A DNA stretch of 32,000 nucleotides, taken from Sedimentisphaera cyanobacteriorum. Its GTDB lineage: Bacteria > Planctomycetota > Phycisphaerae > Sedimentisphaerales > Sedimentisphaeraceae. Below the pieces are notes generated by a model that saw only the letters and a program-made list of their open reading frames with translations, searched no databases and was not told where the DNA came from. Every line of letters starts with the position of its first letter. Within the stretch, counting starts at the first letter, position 1. Location of the stretch: the NCBI RefSeq assembly GCF_001997385.1, contig NZ_CP019633.1, positions 150,001-182,000 of the forward strand. Reading direction: 5' to 3'. The position numbers were made by a program, and so were the translations under genes. Below are positions 1-10,004 of the stretch, one piece after another.

Positions 1-1227
1 GACCTCACAGTTTCAGAGAGCGGCAGAATCTCGATTCCTGAGGTTGGTGTCGTGGAAGCTGAAGGTTACACAGAGCACGAACTTGAATCTGAGCTCAAGC
101 AGATTTTATCCCCTGATATCTTAAAAACTCCAGTAGTCAAAGTTTCACTAATTTCTTCTGATTACAGGTCTTTTTCTGTTCTCGGAACAGGACTTCTCTC
201 AAATGTAGCAGGGGGGCGATATCTTGTTCCGCGAGGCGGAGATTTCAGACTGCTTGATGCCCTCGCAACAGCGGGAGGGTGTAATGAGTTCAATGTTACA
301 AACATCTACATTACACGTCAGCTTTCTGAAGACGAGATCGCGCAGAGAGCGGAAACTCAGTATGCACCGCCGGGAGTAGAGATCCCGGGTGTTTCTTACC
401 GTTCCCGAAGAGAAAAGAAGGTGGAAGAGGAAGAGATAGACTTCAAAAAGGCCGAAGAAGAGCTCTTGAGGCTCATTGCTCCCGCTGAACTGCCTGTGCT
501 TTCATTCGCTGAAGGAGACGGGAATTCGGAAAATATTGAGTGGGTTTTCAAGAACGGACGATGGGTTCCTGTTGAGAAAGATGCCTCCGGCGAGGAGAAA
601 GAAACTGAAGTGGTCGTTGGAGATCAGCAGCAAGCTCAAGAACAGCAGCAGGCCGAACAGCAGCAGACAGAATCGGACGAAAGCGTTCGGGATTCGCTGC
701 CTGAAGGTTATGTTGAGGACCAGGAGAACCCTGTGAGGTATATGGTCAGGGTTATTGAAGTACCGTGGAAGGCTCTTCGAAAGGGAGACCCGCGGTACAA
801 TATAGTGATCAAGCCTGGCGATGTGATTACAGTACCTTCAGACAGAATCGGCGAATGCGTTGTAATGGGCAATGTAAATCAGCCTGGATACGTTACTCTC
901 AGCGGAAGACCTATGACTCTTATGCAGGCTGTAGCTGCCGCAGGCGGCCTTGGCCAGCTCGCTGAGCCTGAAAATGTTGAGGTAAGAAGGCGAATCGGCA
1001 AAGACCATGAAGAAATTGTTATGGTTAATCTCGATAAGATCGCAAGCGGGCAGCAGCCGGATTTCTACATAAAACGTGACGATACGATTAATGTAGGAAC
1101 AAGCGATGTGAGCTACTGGCTCTATGTGCTGAGAAATGCATTCACCGCAAACTACGGCTTCAGCTTCGATTACAGCAGGATTTACCGTACTGGTGAATAC
1201 GATTACGACTACAATTATAACAGGTAA
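1..1227 (+). CDS. Polysaccharide export protein (Wza / Poly_export + SLBB-like), 5' end cut by the window edge
   Basis: The frame is open from nt 1 (DLTVSESGRISIPEVGVVEAEGYTEHELE precedes the GTG at 52), matching the G-x-I-x-x-P-x-x-G-x-V-x-x-x-G-x-T signature of Wza-family exporters. A second SLBB-like segment is PGDVITVP...VMGNVNQPG. It is the first gene of an EPS/exosortase cluster. Confidence 0.7.
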   Translation, partial: DLTVSESGRISIPEVGVVEAEGYTEHELESELKQILSPDILKTPVVKVSLISSDYRSFSVLGTGLLSNVAGGRYLVPRGGDFRLLDALATAGGCNEFNVTNIYITRQLSEDEIAQRAETQYAPPGVEIPGVSYRSRREKKVEEEEIDFKKAEEELLRLIAPAELPVLSFAEGDGNSENIEWVFKNGRWVPVEKDASGEEKETEVVVGDQQQAQEQQQAEQQQTESDESVRDSLPEGYVEDQENPVRYMVRVIEVPWKALRKGDPRYNIVIKPGDVITVPSDRIGECVVMGNVNQPGYVTLSGRPMTLMQAVAAAGGLGQLAEPENVEVRRRIGKDHEEIVMVNLDKIASGQQPDFYIKRDDTINVGTSDVSYWLYVLRNAFTANYGFSFDYSRIYRTGEYDYDYNYNR

Positions 1228-1250
1228 TTCTTTAGGCTGATTTAAAAGCG

Positions 1251-2195
1251 ATGGCAGAAAAAGTTAAATATTCTTGGGCATCCTTAGGGAGCCTCTTTTA
1301 TCTAAAGACGGCAGTCCTGACTGCGCTTTTTGTTCTGCTTTTTTGGAACAACATTGAGGATATGGTTCGGGTATGGATGAAAGACCCGAGCTGGTCTCAC
1401 GGTTTTCTGATTCCGCTTTTCAGTTTGTATCTGATAAATCAGAGAAAAGAAGAACTGCTTTCAAAGAAGGCCTCGCCCTCTTTTTTAGGCGTTTTGGCCT
1501 TGGCTGCTATACTTGCAGTATATATCTTCAATATCGTACAAATAAGATACGCCTACGGCGAGCCTGTGCTTATGATAGCTGCCTTGGGGGCGGTAGTCCT
1601 CGCTGTCTGCGGCTGGAGGATGATTTATCATCTCTGGCTTCCGGTGGCATTTTTGATCTTTGCAGTTCCGATCCCTACAAGGCTCTACAGAGAGCTCACA
1701 ATGCCTATGAGAATGATAGCCTCTCAGGTTACTACTGCTTTCCTCAATGCTATTCCCGCAATAGATGCCACGGTTAGAGGTGTTATTATTGAGGTTACCT
1801 ACAAAGGGGTGCCTCTTGAAACTGCTCTCAACGTGGCAGATGCATGCAGCGGGATGAGGCTTATGATGGCTTTTCTTGCTCTCGGTGTGGCTATGGCTTA
1901 TATACACAGCAGGCCGATATGGCAGAAAGCAACCCTTATAGCTTCTATTATACCGATTGCTATACTGTGCAATATAATTCGTGTTACATTTACAGCTTTT
2001 ATATATATCTATATCGGACAGCAGTACGCCAAAGGCATATATCATAATATGCTCGGTATGCTGATGCTACCGATTGCTCTTTTCTTCTATTGGCTTGTTG
2101 ACTGGTTTATGAATAATCTCTTCGAACAGGAAGGTGAAGAAGAAAAAAAGGAAAAAGAAGATGATTCTCCAAAGGTAGTCAGGAGAAAGCGATGA
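1251..2195 (+). CDS. Exosortase (EpsH/Xrt family transpeptidase)
   Basis: 314-aa polytopic membrane protein. It has a conserved Cys motif (VADACSGMRLMMAF) and an Arg motif (LCNIIRVTF) typical of the exosortase/archaeosortase family. Neighbours are EPS export genes. Confidence 0.8.
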   Translation: MAEKVKYSWASLGSLFYLKTAVLTALFVLLFWNNIEDMVRVWMKDPSWSHGFLIPLFSLYLINQRKEELLSKKASPSFLGVLALAAILAVYIFNIVQIRYAYGEPVLMIAALGAVVLAVCGWRMIYHLWLPVAFLIFAVPIPTRLYRELTMPMRMIASQVTTAFLNAIPAIDATVRGVIIEVTYKGVPLETALNVADACSGMRLMMAFLALGVAMAYIHSRPIWQKATLIASIIPIAILCNIIRVTFTAFIYIYIGQQYAKGIYHNMLGMLMLPIALFFYWLVDWFMNNLFEQEGEEEKKEKEDDSPKVVRRKR

Positions 2196-2929
2196 AGCTG
2201 AGCAAATCAAATATCGTTTTTATTCTACTCGTGCTTATCCTCGGAGGTTTAGCCGCTGGGAAAAGGATTATAATTGATAATCTCGGTATCTACCTTCAGA
2301 AACAGCCGATAGAGCTTAAAAAATCTCTTGACGAGCTGAACATTGATGGTAAAAACGGGTATGTTGTTCGTAAGAAAAGAAAAATTGAAAACAAAGAGAT
2401 TGAAAAAGAACTCGGTACTACAGATTACATTATCTGGGAGGTGGAGAACACTGAGGCACCTTCAGAGTCTCCAACTAAATTTTGCTCGCTTTTTATCACA
2501 TATTACACAGGAATTAACGACCGAATCCCCCATGTGCCTGAGGAATGCTATTTCGGTGCAGGGAATGTGGTGAAAGGTTATCGCGAAGGACAATTGGATT
2601 TACTATCATCAGATCAGAATGATTTCAGCCAGAGATACAGAATGGTTGAGTTTGTCAGCAAGGCAGACAGTATCTGGCGAGGCTCAAAGCCTTTCTACGT
2701 CTGTTATTTGCTGAAAGTCAATGGTGAGTTTGCGTCAAACAGAACTGAGGCAAGAAACATAATGGCCACGAATTTATTTGGTAAATATTCGTACTTTGCT
2801 AAGATAGAGTGGCGGTTCAATGGAAAAAGCTCACATCCGACAAAAAAAGAGATTGAAAAGGCTTCTCAAAGCCTGATGGGCTTTGTTGTTGAAGAGCTCG
2901 AAAAAAACCACTGGCCCGATTTGGATTGA
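2192..2929 (+). CDS. Exosortase-associated EpsI-like protein (N-terminal membrane anchor plus soluble domain)
   Basis: ATGA start/stop overlap with the exosortase gene suggests translational coupling. It has an N-terminal TM helix (IVFILLVLILGGLAA), and its size and position match EpsI partners of exosortases. I recognise no diagnostic motif. Confidence 0.45.
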   Translation: MKLSKSNIVFILLVLILGGLAAGKRIIIDNLGIYLQKQPIELKKSLDELNIDGKNGYVVRKKRKIENKEIEKELGTTDYIIWEVENTEAPSESPTKFCSLFITYYTGINDRIPHVPEECYFGAGNVVKGYREGQLDLLSSDQNDFSQRYRMVEFVSKADSIWRGSKPFYVCYLLKVNGEFASNRTEARNIMATNLFGKYSYFAKIEWRFNGKSSHPTKKEIEKASQSLMGFVVEELEKNHWPDLD

Positions 2930-2950
2930 ATATGTCATTAAGGGATTATT

Positions 2951-5900
2951 ATGGCAAAGAAAAAGAAAAAATCAAGATTAAATATTAAAGTAGCAATTGC
3001 CGGCCTGCTCGTTTTAGGCATCGCAGGGGCGGGAATATTTTATCTTTGGTATAAAAGCGGAAGAGACCCTCAAAAGTTTATCGTAGAGGCTCAGACCGCA
3101 CTGGAAAATAAGCAGTATAAGCAGGCTGAAGAGCTTTACGGGAAGGCATATCATTTCTCAGAAGGCCTTGATAAAGTAGATATCCTCTTCAAGCTCGCAG
3201 AGATTGCTATGATCGAAGACCCCGGCGATCCCGCTGCGGGGATTGAGCCGAAAGAGCCAAAATGGCGAAAGGCTATGGGAATCTTTGATAAAATTTCTGC
3301 TACAGACCCCAAAAATATCGAAGCACGCCTCAAAATGCTCGATTTCAGCTATGAACTCGCCGATATGGGCAGGGCGGATTCTTGGAATGAAGTAAGAGAA
3401 ATCTCAGACGAGCTTTTACTTCTTTATGATGAGCAGAATAAGGAACCTGACCCTTTCGTAGTGCTCGCACGAGGCAGGGCTTCCCTTGAGATCGCAAAAG
3501 CAGGCAGCGCATCAGATACTCAAAAAGAAATCGATGATGCTAAGAAGTTTATGAATATGCTTCTTAAGCTTGAGCCCAACAACTTCGATGCATTCTGGCA
3601 CCTCGCCCACGCAGAACTGCTTCAGGGCGAGATTGACGATAATGCCGGGATTATAGGTGCAAGAGAAGACAGTGTGAAAAGGGCTGAGGCTATAATACAG
3701 GAATCTATCGATAAAAATCCGGAGATGTCCGAGCCGTACGTTAATATGCTCAAGCTCAAGATACTTGAGAGCAGGTCCGGCAAGACATCAGCCGATGTAA
3801 AAGCAACTATTGAAGAGCAGTATCAGAGGGTTAAGGAAAAATTCCCCGAAAATGCCGAAATTGATTACGTTATGGCCGGCTTCTACTATAAAAACCCGCT
3901 TGATATAGACAAGGCCGTAAAGCTTATTAACAATGCGGTTAAGAAAGAGCCGGAAGATTACGATTACGTATTCCGCGCCTCTATGATTAACTATATGAAA
4001 TACTGCCTGTCCGGGGAAAAAATAAAATGGGTAGATGAGGCCATTCGTCTTGCAAAATCTGCTTTGGAGCTTCCGGAAGCACAGAAAACATCAGGTCCTA
4101 AACAGGCAAGAAATAATAACAATATCCTTGTTTTAAATAATCTGCTCGCAAACTACTACTCAGAAAAGGCCAGGCACACCGAAGGCGAAGATAGAGAAAA
4201 ACTCCTCGCTTCTCTGGAAGAGGCAACAAAGAACATCAAAGACATTGTTATGGTTGAAGAGAACCCCATTCTTATTAAATGGAGGGGGATGCTTGAGTAC
4301 CTGAAGGGGGATCAGGAAAAAGGCCTTCGCAAACTTGTTAAGGCTCAGGAAAAATTTGATGGCCAAAACAGCCCTGATGCTCAGCTTTGTTATTTCATTT
4401 CGCGAATTCTCAAGAGCGAGAGTGTTATTGGAGCAAAACAGAAATATCTTGGAAAGGCAATAGAAAACAATATTGTTTTTGAAGGCAGGCCTGAAGCTGT
4501 TCTTGATTATTCAGAAATCCTTCTTGAACTCCGCTCTCCGGACAACGCCATTTCTCTTGTTCAGAGATATGAACAGGTGATGGGTGAAAATGAGAGAAGC
4601 AACGAGATTCTTATCGAGGCATATATTCAGGCAAATCTGTTCGACAAAGCAGAAAAGCAGATTGAGGCGTATGGGCCTGAATCCCTGAAGGCTCTGAATT
4701 ATAAACTGCAAATAGCCGGCCAGCGGGCTTCTCAGCTTCTTCAGCTCAGAGCAAGGCAGCAGCTCTATAACGAGCCGAATGCGCAGAATAAGATTAGCAG
4801 TTTGAGTGAGGATATAAGAGAGCTTCGACTGAAAAGGCTCAAACTCCTGCGTCAGATTTTTAATAAGTATCCCGAATCGCTAAAAGACTACAGCGGTGTT
4901 TCTGAAATACTGGTTGATGTTTTGCAGGAAGGGTATAAGCCCAAAGCAGTTGAGTTTAATGAGGATTTCCTCGAGAAATACCCCGACAATCCTACAGCGC
5001 GTCTTATGAAAAAGAGGCTCAATAAGCCGGACCCGCTGGTTGTAGATAAAGAAGAGCTAAGGGAGTTTCAGGCTGATATCCTTGAAGAAACAGATATGGA
5101 TGAGATCCAGAAGCAGCTGAGCATAGGCAGGGTTTACCTCAAGGGGCAGGACTATGAAAATGCTTACGGTTATTACGAGAAGGCGCTTGAATTAGACCCC
5201 GATAATGAAGCGGCCATCTCTTCGCTTTTCGATATGGCTATAGCAGAGGCGGATTACGAACGGGCTGCGGGCTATATGGAAACGGCGGTCGAAATGGACA
5301 TCGACGGCTGCGGCGGACAGTTCTTCGCAGGCCGGCTGGCGCTCAAACAGGAAAACTACCAAGAGGCTCTCGACTGTTTCAATGAATGCATTGAAATCAA
5401 GCCCATCTTTCCTTCTGCGTATCTGAATCTCAGCATCATATACAATGAAATGGGCAAGATGGGGCAGGCTGTTGAAAACGCCCGCAAAGCGGCTGAGTTT
5501 TCGCCTAAAGACAGCAATATTTCGCTGAACTATGCTATGGTGCTCTACAAGCGTAATGAAAAGCTTGGAAGCGATGTTACAGACCAGCAGAAAAAGCAGG
5601 CTCAGGATGCTATCCTGAGAGCTATAAGGGTTAATCCTGCGAATATTGAGCTTCAGAGCGTTTATGCTGAGTACATTGCTGATACAAAGCCAGGCAGCGC
5701 GCTTGCTATGAGGCAGACTATCTTTAAGTCTAACCCGACTAAGAAAAATGCGCTTCTGCTTGCAAGAATGGCCTTGAAGAATGCAGATGATGCGTTTAAT
5801 TCACCCAAAAAACAGGCTATGTACAGAATAGCAGAGGATGCATACAACAATGCTCTTGCAATCTCCCCGGGAGACCCGGAGGTGCTTGACGCTTATGCAG

Positions 5901-7696
5901 ATTTCTACAGAATTTCCGGTCAGGAAGATAAGATTACACAGCTCCTTGGAGACAGAAAAGAGGTTCTCTGGAAATCTTATTATCGCCGCTCACAGTTTGA
6001 CAAGGCAAAAGAAACTCTTCTTGAACTTAAGGAAAAAGACCCGGACAATAAAGACTATGTTCTTGGATTGCTTGGGGTTTCAATAAAGCTCTTTGATAAA
6101 GAAAATGTGGAAAAATATTCTAAAGAGCTTCTCGAATTGGAAGACACCCTTGCAAACAGAATCCTAAAGGTTAAATCTTTCGTGGAAATAGGGGCTGTTG
6201 AAGACGTTGAGAATGATCTCCAGAAGCTTATAGAGAACAATCCGGACAATGTTGAGCTGCGTCTTCTTTCAGCTACTGTTGCACTTAGAAAGGGTGAATT
6301 CGACAGAGCGGAAGAGATCGCAGGGAAGATTCTCGATAAAAACGCAAAAAACGCTACAGCATGGCGAATTAAAGGCAAGGCAAACTATCTAAGCGCAGAC
6401 TATCAAAAGGCCCTCGATGACTTCAAAGAATGTAAATCAATCAAAGATGACAGCCTAATAAGAATCGATATAGCAAGGGCCTACGACAGGCTCGGCAGGT
6501 ATGAGCCGGCTATTTCAGAGCTCAACAGCGCTGTGGAAGATGAGAGCACCCCGCTGGTGGCCTTGAGGCTGCTCGAAGAGATCTACTGGCGTGCTAAGAA
6601 GTTTGCCCCGCTCAGAGATTATTACAACCTGATGATTAAACGCTTCCCTGAAAAGTCTTACTGGCAGCGACGCCTTGGAGATATGGAAACCCAGCTCGAG
6701 AATTTCGAAGCAGCTGAGGATGCATACAAGGCCGCTTGGGACAAGGCTTTGAATTCAGGCGAAGATGACCCCGCTTCCATACTTGGATACGCAAATACTC
6801 TGCTCGAACAGGGTAAGAACTCTCAGGTGCTTTCAATGCTTTCCAAGTATGTTGATTCTCCATACAAGGTGGCTGTATTTACTCTGATGGCACAGACAAG
6901 ACATAGCATGGGCAATGAAGAAAATGCCATGGAGGATTTCCATGTTGCTATGAAAAGCTCTGGTATAGACTTGCAGAAGATCAAGTTTGTAATTCAGAGA
7001 ATGGTGGACAGCTACGATAAGCAAAGCGCTTACGAGATTGTAACCAGCTATGCTGAAAAGGGCGAGAAAACAGTTAATAAGTATTTGTGCCTGTTCCAAG
7101 TTAATTTTGAGTTTGCCAACTACAATAAAGCTATAAGCTATGTTGATGATGCTCTTTCGCAAATCTCAAAGGAAAACATCCTTTATCGGCAGTTTAATAT
7201 ACTTAAAGCAAATACACTGCTATATGCTTATAAGAAAATCCCGGACAGAGACTATACCGAAAGAGCTGCCCAGATCTATGAAGAGCTGCTCAAGCAGACA
7301 CCTGGCGATACTAACGTGTTGAACAACCTTGCATATCTGCTTGCAGAGAGTGATTATGATCTCGAGAGGGCAGAGCAGGTGGCCGCAAAGGCATATCAGT
7401 CTGCCCCAGATAACGGGCTGGTACTTGATACTTACGGCTATACGCTTATAAAGAACCGTAAATACGAGAAGGCCGAATCCCTGCTTTCGAGAGCTATTCA
7501 GAAAATGGAACTCAGCTCTACAAACGCACCTTCTGAGGTGTATGAGCATTACGGTCTTGCTCTGGAAAGGCTCAACAAGCCCGAGGAAGCTAAGGCAGCA
7601 TACGAAAGAGCATTGAAAACTGATGAAAGGCTTCCGAAAGAAACTCAGGATAAACTCAAAGAAAGAATTTCAAGGCTTTCCAAGAGGATTTTTTAG
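2951..7696 (+). CDS. Giant membrane-anchored TPR-repeat protein (PrsT-like context in an exosortase locus)
   Basis: 1581-aa uninterrupted ORF. N-terminal KKKKK plus a TM helix. There are dozens of TPR-like A-x-x-x-Y/F-x-x-A-L-x-x-x-P-x-N/D units (e.g. YEKALELDPDNEAA, FNECIEIKPIFPSAY, YERALKTDERLP). Confidence 0.75.
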   Translation: MAKKKKKSRLNIKVAIAGLLVLGIAGAGIFYLWYKSGRDPQKFIVEAQTALENKQYKQAEELYGKAYHFSEGLDKVDILFKLAEIAMIEDPGDPAAGIEPKEPKWRKAMGIFDKISATDPKNIEARLKMLDFSYELADMGRADSWNEVREISDELLLLYDEQNKEPDPFVVLARGRASLEIAKAGSASDTQKEIDDAKKFMNMLLKLEPNNFDAFWHLAHAELLQGEIDDNAGIIGAREDSVKRAEAIIQESIDKNPEMSEPYVNMLKLKILESRSGKTSADVKATIEEQYQRVKEKFPENAEIDYVMAGFYYKNPLDIDKAVKLINNAVKKEPEDYDYVFRASMINYMKYCLSGEKIKWVDEAIRLAKSALELPEAQKTSGPKQARNNNNILVLNNLLANYYSEKARHTEGEDREKLLASLEEATKNIKDIVMVEENPILIKWRGMLEYLKGDQEKGLRKLVKAQEKFDGQNSPDAQLCYFISRILKSESVIGAKQKYLGKAIENNIVFEGRPEAVLDYSEILLELRSPDNAISLVQRYEQVMGENERSNEILIEAYIQANLFDKAEKQIEAYGPESLKALNYKLQIAGQRASQLLQLRARQQLYNEPNAQNKISSLSEDIRELRLKRLKLLRQIFNKYPESLKDYSGVSEILVDVLQEGYKPKAVEFNEDFLEKYPDNPTARLMKKRLNKPDPLVVDKEELREFQADILEETDMDEIQKQLSIGRVYLKGQDYENAYGYYEKALELDPDNEAAISSLFDMAIAEADYERAAGYMETAVEMDIDGCGGQFFAGRLALKQENYQEALDCFNECIEIKPIFPSAYLNLSIIYNEMGKMGQAVENARKAAEFSPKDSNISLNYAMVLYKRNEKLGSDVTDQQKKQAQDAILRAIRVNPANIELQSVYAEYIADTKPGSALAMRQTIFKSNPTKKNALLLARMALKNADDAFNSPKKQAMYRIAEDAYNNALAISPGDPEVLDAYADFYRISGQEDKITQLLGDRKEVLWKSYYRRSQFDKAKETLLELKEKDPDNKDYVLGLLGVSIKLFDKENVEKYSKELLELEDTLANRILKVKSFVEIGAVEDVENDLQKLIENNPDNVELRLLSATVALRKGEFDRAEEIAGKILDKNAKNATAWRIKGKANYLSADYQKALDDFKECKSIKDDSLIRIDIARAYDRLGRYEPAISELNSAVEDESTPLVALRLLEEIYWRAKKFAPLRDYYNLMIKRFPEKSYWQRRLGDMETQLENFEAAEDAYKAAWDKALNSGEDDPASILGYANTLLEQGKNSQVLSMLSKYVDSPYKVAVFTLMAQTRHSMGNEENAMEDFHVAMKSSGIDLQKIKFVIQRMVDSYDKQSAYEIVTSYAEKGEKTVNKYLCLFQVNFEFANYNKAISYVDDALSQISKENILYRQFNILKANTLLYAYKKIPDRDYTERAAQIYEELLKQTPGDTNVLNNLAYLLAESDYDLERAEQVAAKAYQSAPDNGLVLDTYGYTLIKNRKYEKAESLLSRAIQKMELSSTNAPSEVYEHYGLALERLNKPEEAKAAYERALKTDERLPKETQDKLKERISRLSKRIF

Positions 7697-7752
7697 TGGT
7701 TTATAGAAGTGAATATTATATTCTTATAATAGGTTCTTAAGAGGATTATTAA

Positions 7753-9984
7753 GTGGTTAACGAATCTGAAATAACATCCAGACTTCCAATGCAGGAGCCT
7801 CAGGCAGAGGGTATTCAGCTTACCCCGAAAGATATACTTACGATTATAAGAAGGCATCTTCTGCTGATCATCCTTCTTCCAATTTTAGGTGCGGCGATAG
7901 GCATAGGTTTATATTTTATGTTAGCAAAGTATTCCCCGAAATTTACATCTGTATCTGCGATAAGGGTTTTGGAGCCTGAAATCAGCGACCCAATGAAGCT
8001 GGCTGCGAGAATGTCTAATACCGACACTTACTACCAGTTCCGTCAAACGAAGGCTCGATTTATCAAACAGCAGGATATGCTTCAAAACCTTCTCGAAACA
8101 GATCAGGTGCGAAACACCCAGTGGTTCCGCCAGTTTGTAGCTGATGACGGAAGGCCTGATATTGCTGAGGCTTTAGCAGCTTTAGAAAGCAGCATTGGGG
8201 TTAGTGTTGCAAGAGACAACTTTATTATCCAGGTCAGTTTTTCCAGTAAAAGCGCTCGTGAATCAAAGCTTATTCTCGACCAGCTCGTAGAGCTGTACAC
8301 CAAATCCCAGCTTGAAAGAGAAACGCAGACCCAGCGTGATAAGCTGGCTCAGGCAAAAGAAGAAGAGCGAAAAGTGCGTGCTGAGATCAGGGCGGCCGAG
8401 GCCTCTCTTAGAGATATCCGTCAGTCTAATCCTACGCTAGCAGAATTCAGCGACACTGGTGATACTGGCAGCCAAAGGCACAGTATCAAGGTAAAGCACG
8501 ACTCTCTCGAGGTTCAGGTTATGGATCTTGAGGGGCAGATCAGTGAGATTGAATCGCGAATCGCTACTCTCGAATCCAGAGCTCAGGGCGAGTTTGACGA
8601 AGTCGTACGTGAGCAGATGGAGAACGACCCGATCGCAATCTCTGCCCGCCAGCGAATACTTTACCTCAGGCCTGAGCTTGCAAGGCTCACCGCAAAGCTG
8701 GGCGAGAACCACCGCTCTGTTCGAAAAATGCGTGAGCAGCTCAGAATGGCTGAGTCCGAGCTAAACAGCAGGCAGAACTTCATAGCGGAGCTTAACAGAC
8801 AGTCGGAGCTCCAGCATGCGGAAGACCAGCGTGCTTTCCTTGTCAGCCAGCTTGAGAATTACAGAGCCCAGCTTCAGGATGCTCTTCTCAAGCAGAAAGA
8901 GCTTGATGAGCTCAGGGCGGAATATGAATCATTTGTAGAGATCCGAGAAAGAGGCCGTGAAAGGCTTGAAAAGCTCATAGACCATATCCAGAGCCTTAAT
9001 ATGCTCGTAAGGGATCCGAAGGTTTCCAAGCTTGAGCCTCTGGGCGAGGCGATTCTGCCTCTTCAGAAGAGCTTCCCGGACTTAAAGCTCTTCATTCCTG
9101 CCGGCATTGTACTTGGCGGTTTCATAGCAGTAGTATTCGCCTTCATACGTGAATTGGCTAATGATAAGCTTAGAACTCCGCAGGATGTATCCAAGGCGGT
9201 AGATATCCCGGTTCTCGGTGTAATATACAACAGCAGTGAAGATGATGATGTTGAGGATATTCAGCCTGAACGTGTCGTAAATGAAGCCCCGAACTCTGTA
9301 ACAGGCGAGGCATATCGTCAGCTTAAATCTAATGTTAAGCTCTCAGGTGCTCTGGGTTACGGTCAGGTGCTGATGATAACAAGCGCAAATCCCCATGAAG
9401 GCAAATCTACAGTAGCCTCGAATCTCTCTGTCAGCCTCGCTGCTGAGCAGAATAAGGTGCTGTTGATTGATGCGAACTTCCGCAGACCTGCCTTCAGCAT
9501 ATACGCCTCTCAATCAGGTGAATCGGAAGACCATCACATGATTTCAGGTCTCAGCGAAGTGTTAGCAGGCAATAAATCCACTGAGGAAGTTATTGTTTCC
9601 GGTCAGGTTGCAAACTTGGACATAATGGCCTGCGGCGAGCTCCCCGAGATGCCTTCCGAGATGCTCTCAGGACGTTCAATGAATCAGTTCCTCGGTGATG
9701 TAAAAGATAAGTATGACTTTGTGGTTATTGATGCTCCTCCTGTGATTATGAGTGAGGCAAAGAGCTTAAGCGCTATGGCTGATTCAACTCTCGTTGTATT
9801 CAACGCACAGATGACTAAGCGAGGCGTTGCCCAAAGAACTGTGCGGGAGCTTGATGTGGTTAATGCTAATGTGATAGGCTGCTCGCTTGTTTCTGCGAAA
9901 GCTCTCAAAGGCGGCTACTTCAACCAGTACCTCAAAACCTACAAGGATTATATAGAATCAATGCCTGAAACTAAGGCTTCTTAA
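7753..9984 (+). CDS. Polysaccharide co-polymerase / BY-type tyrosine autokinase (Wzc/GumC-like)
   Basis: GTG start 7 nt after AGAGGA. The N-terminal Wzz-like region has 2 TM helices flanking a long coiled coil. The C-terminal kinase has Walker A SANPHEGKST, Walker A' LLIDANFRRP, Walker B VVIDAPP and a Tyr-rich tail GGYFNQYLKTYKDYIE. Confidence 0.85.
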   Translation: MVNESEITSRLPMQEPQAEGIQLTPKDILTIIRRHLLLIILLPILGAAIGIGLYFMLAKYSPKFTSVSAIRVLEPEISDPMKLAARMSNTDTYYQFRQTKARFIKQQDMLQNLLETDQVRNTQWFRQFVADDGRPDIAEALAALESSIGVSVARDNFIIQVSFSSKSARESKLILDQLVELYTKSQLERETQTQRDKLAQAKEEERKVRAEIRAAEASLRDIRQSNPTLAEFSDTGDTGSQRHSIKVKHDSLEVQVMDLEGQISEIESRIATLESRAQGEFDEVVREQMENDPIAISARQRILYLRPELARLTAKLGENHRSVRKMREQLRMAESELNSRQNFIAELNRQSELQHAEDQRAFLVSQLENYRAQLQDALLKQKELDELRAEYESFVEIRERGRERLEKLIDHIQSLNMLVRDPKVSKLEPLGEAILPLQKSFPDLKLFIPAGIVLGGFIAVVFAFIRELANDKLRTPQDVSKAVDIPVLGVIYNSSEDDDVEDIQPERVVNEAPNSVTGEAYRQLKSNVKLSGALGYGQVLMITSANPHEGKSTVASNLSVSLAAEQNKVLLIDANFRRPAFSIYASQSGESEDHHMISGLSEVLAGNKSTEEVIVSGQVANLDIMACGELPEMPSEMLSGRSMNQFLGDVKDKYDFVVIDAPPVIMSEAKSLSAMADSTLVVFNAQMTKRGVAQRTVRELDVVNANVIGCSLVSAKALKGGYFNQYLKTYKDYIESMPETKAS

Positions 9985-10004
9985 AAGAGTGTTTAGTTGG
10001 ATAA

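Noticed and set aside
1485-2045. 186-aa ORF antisense to the exosortase gene. Similar antisense ORFs lie at 10191-10703 and 10788-11324.
   Set aside because: They are embedded in well-supported genes on the other strand, and their Cys/His/Arg/Ser-rich compositions do not look like real proteins.
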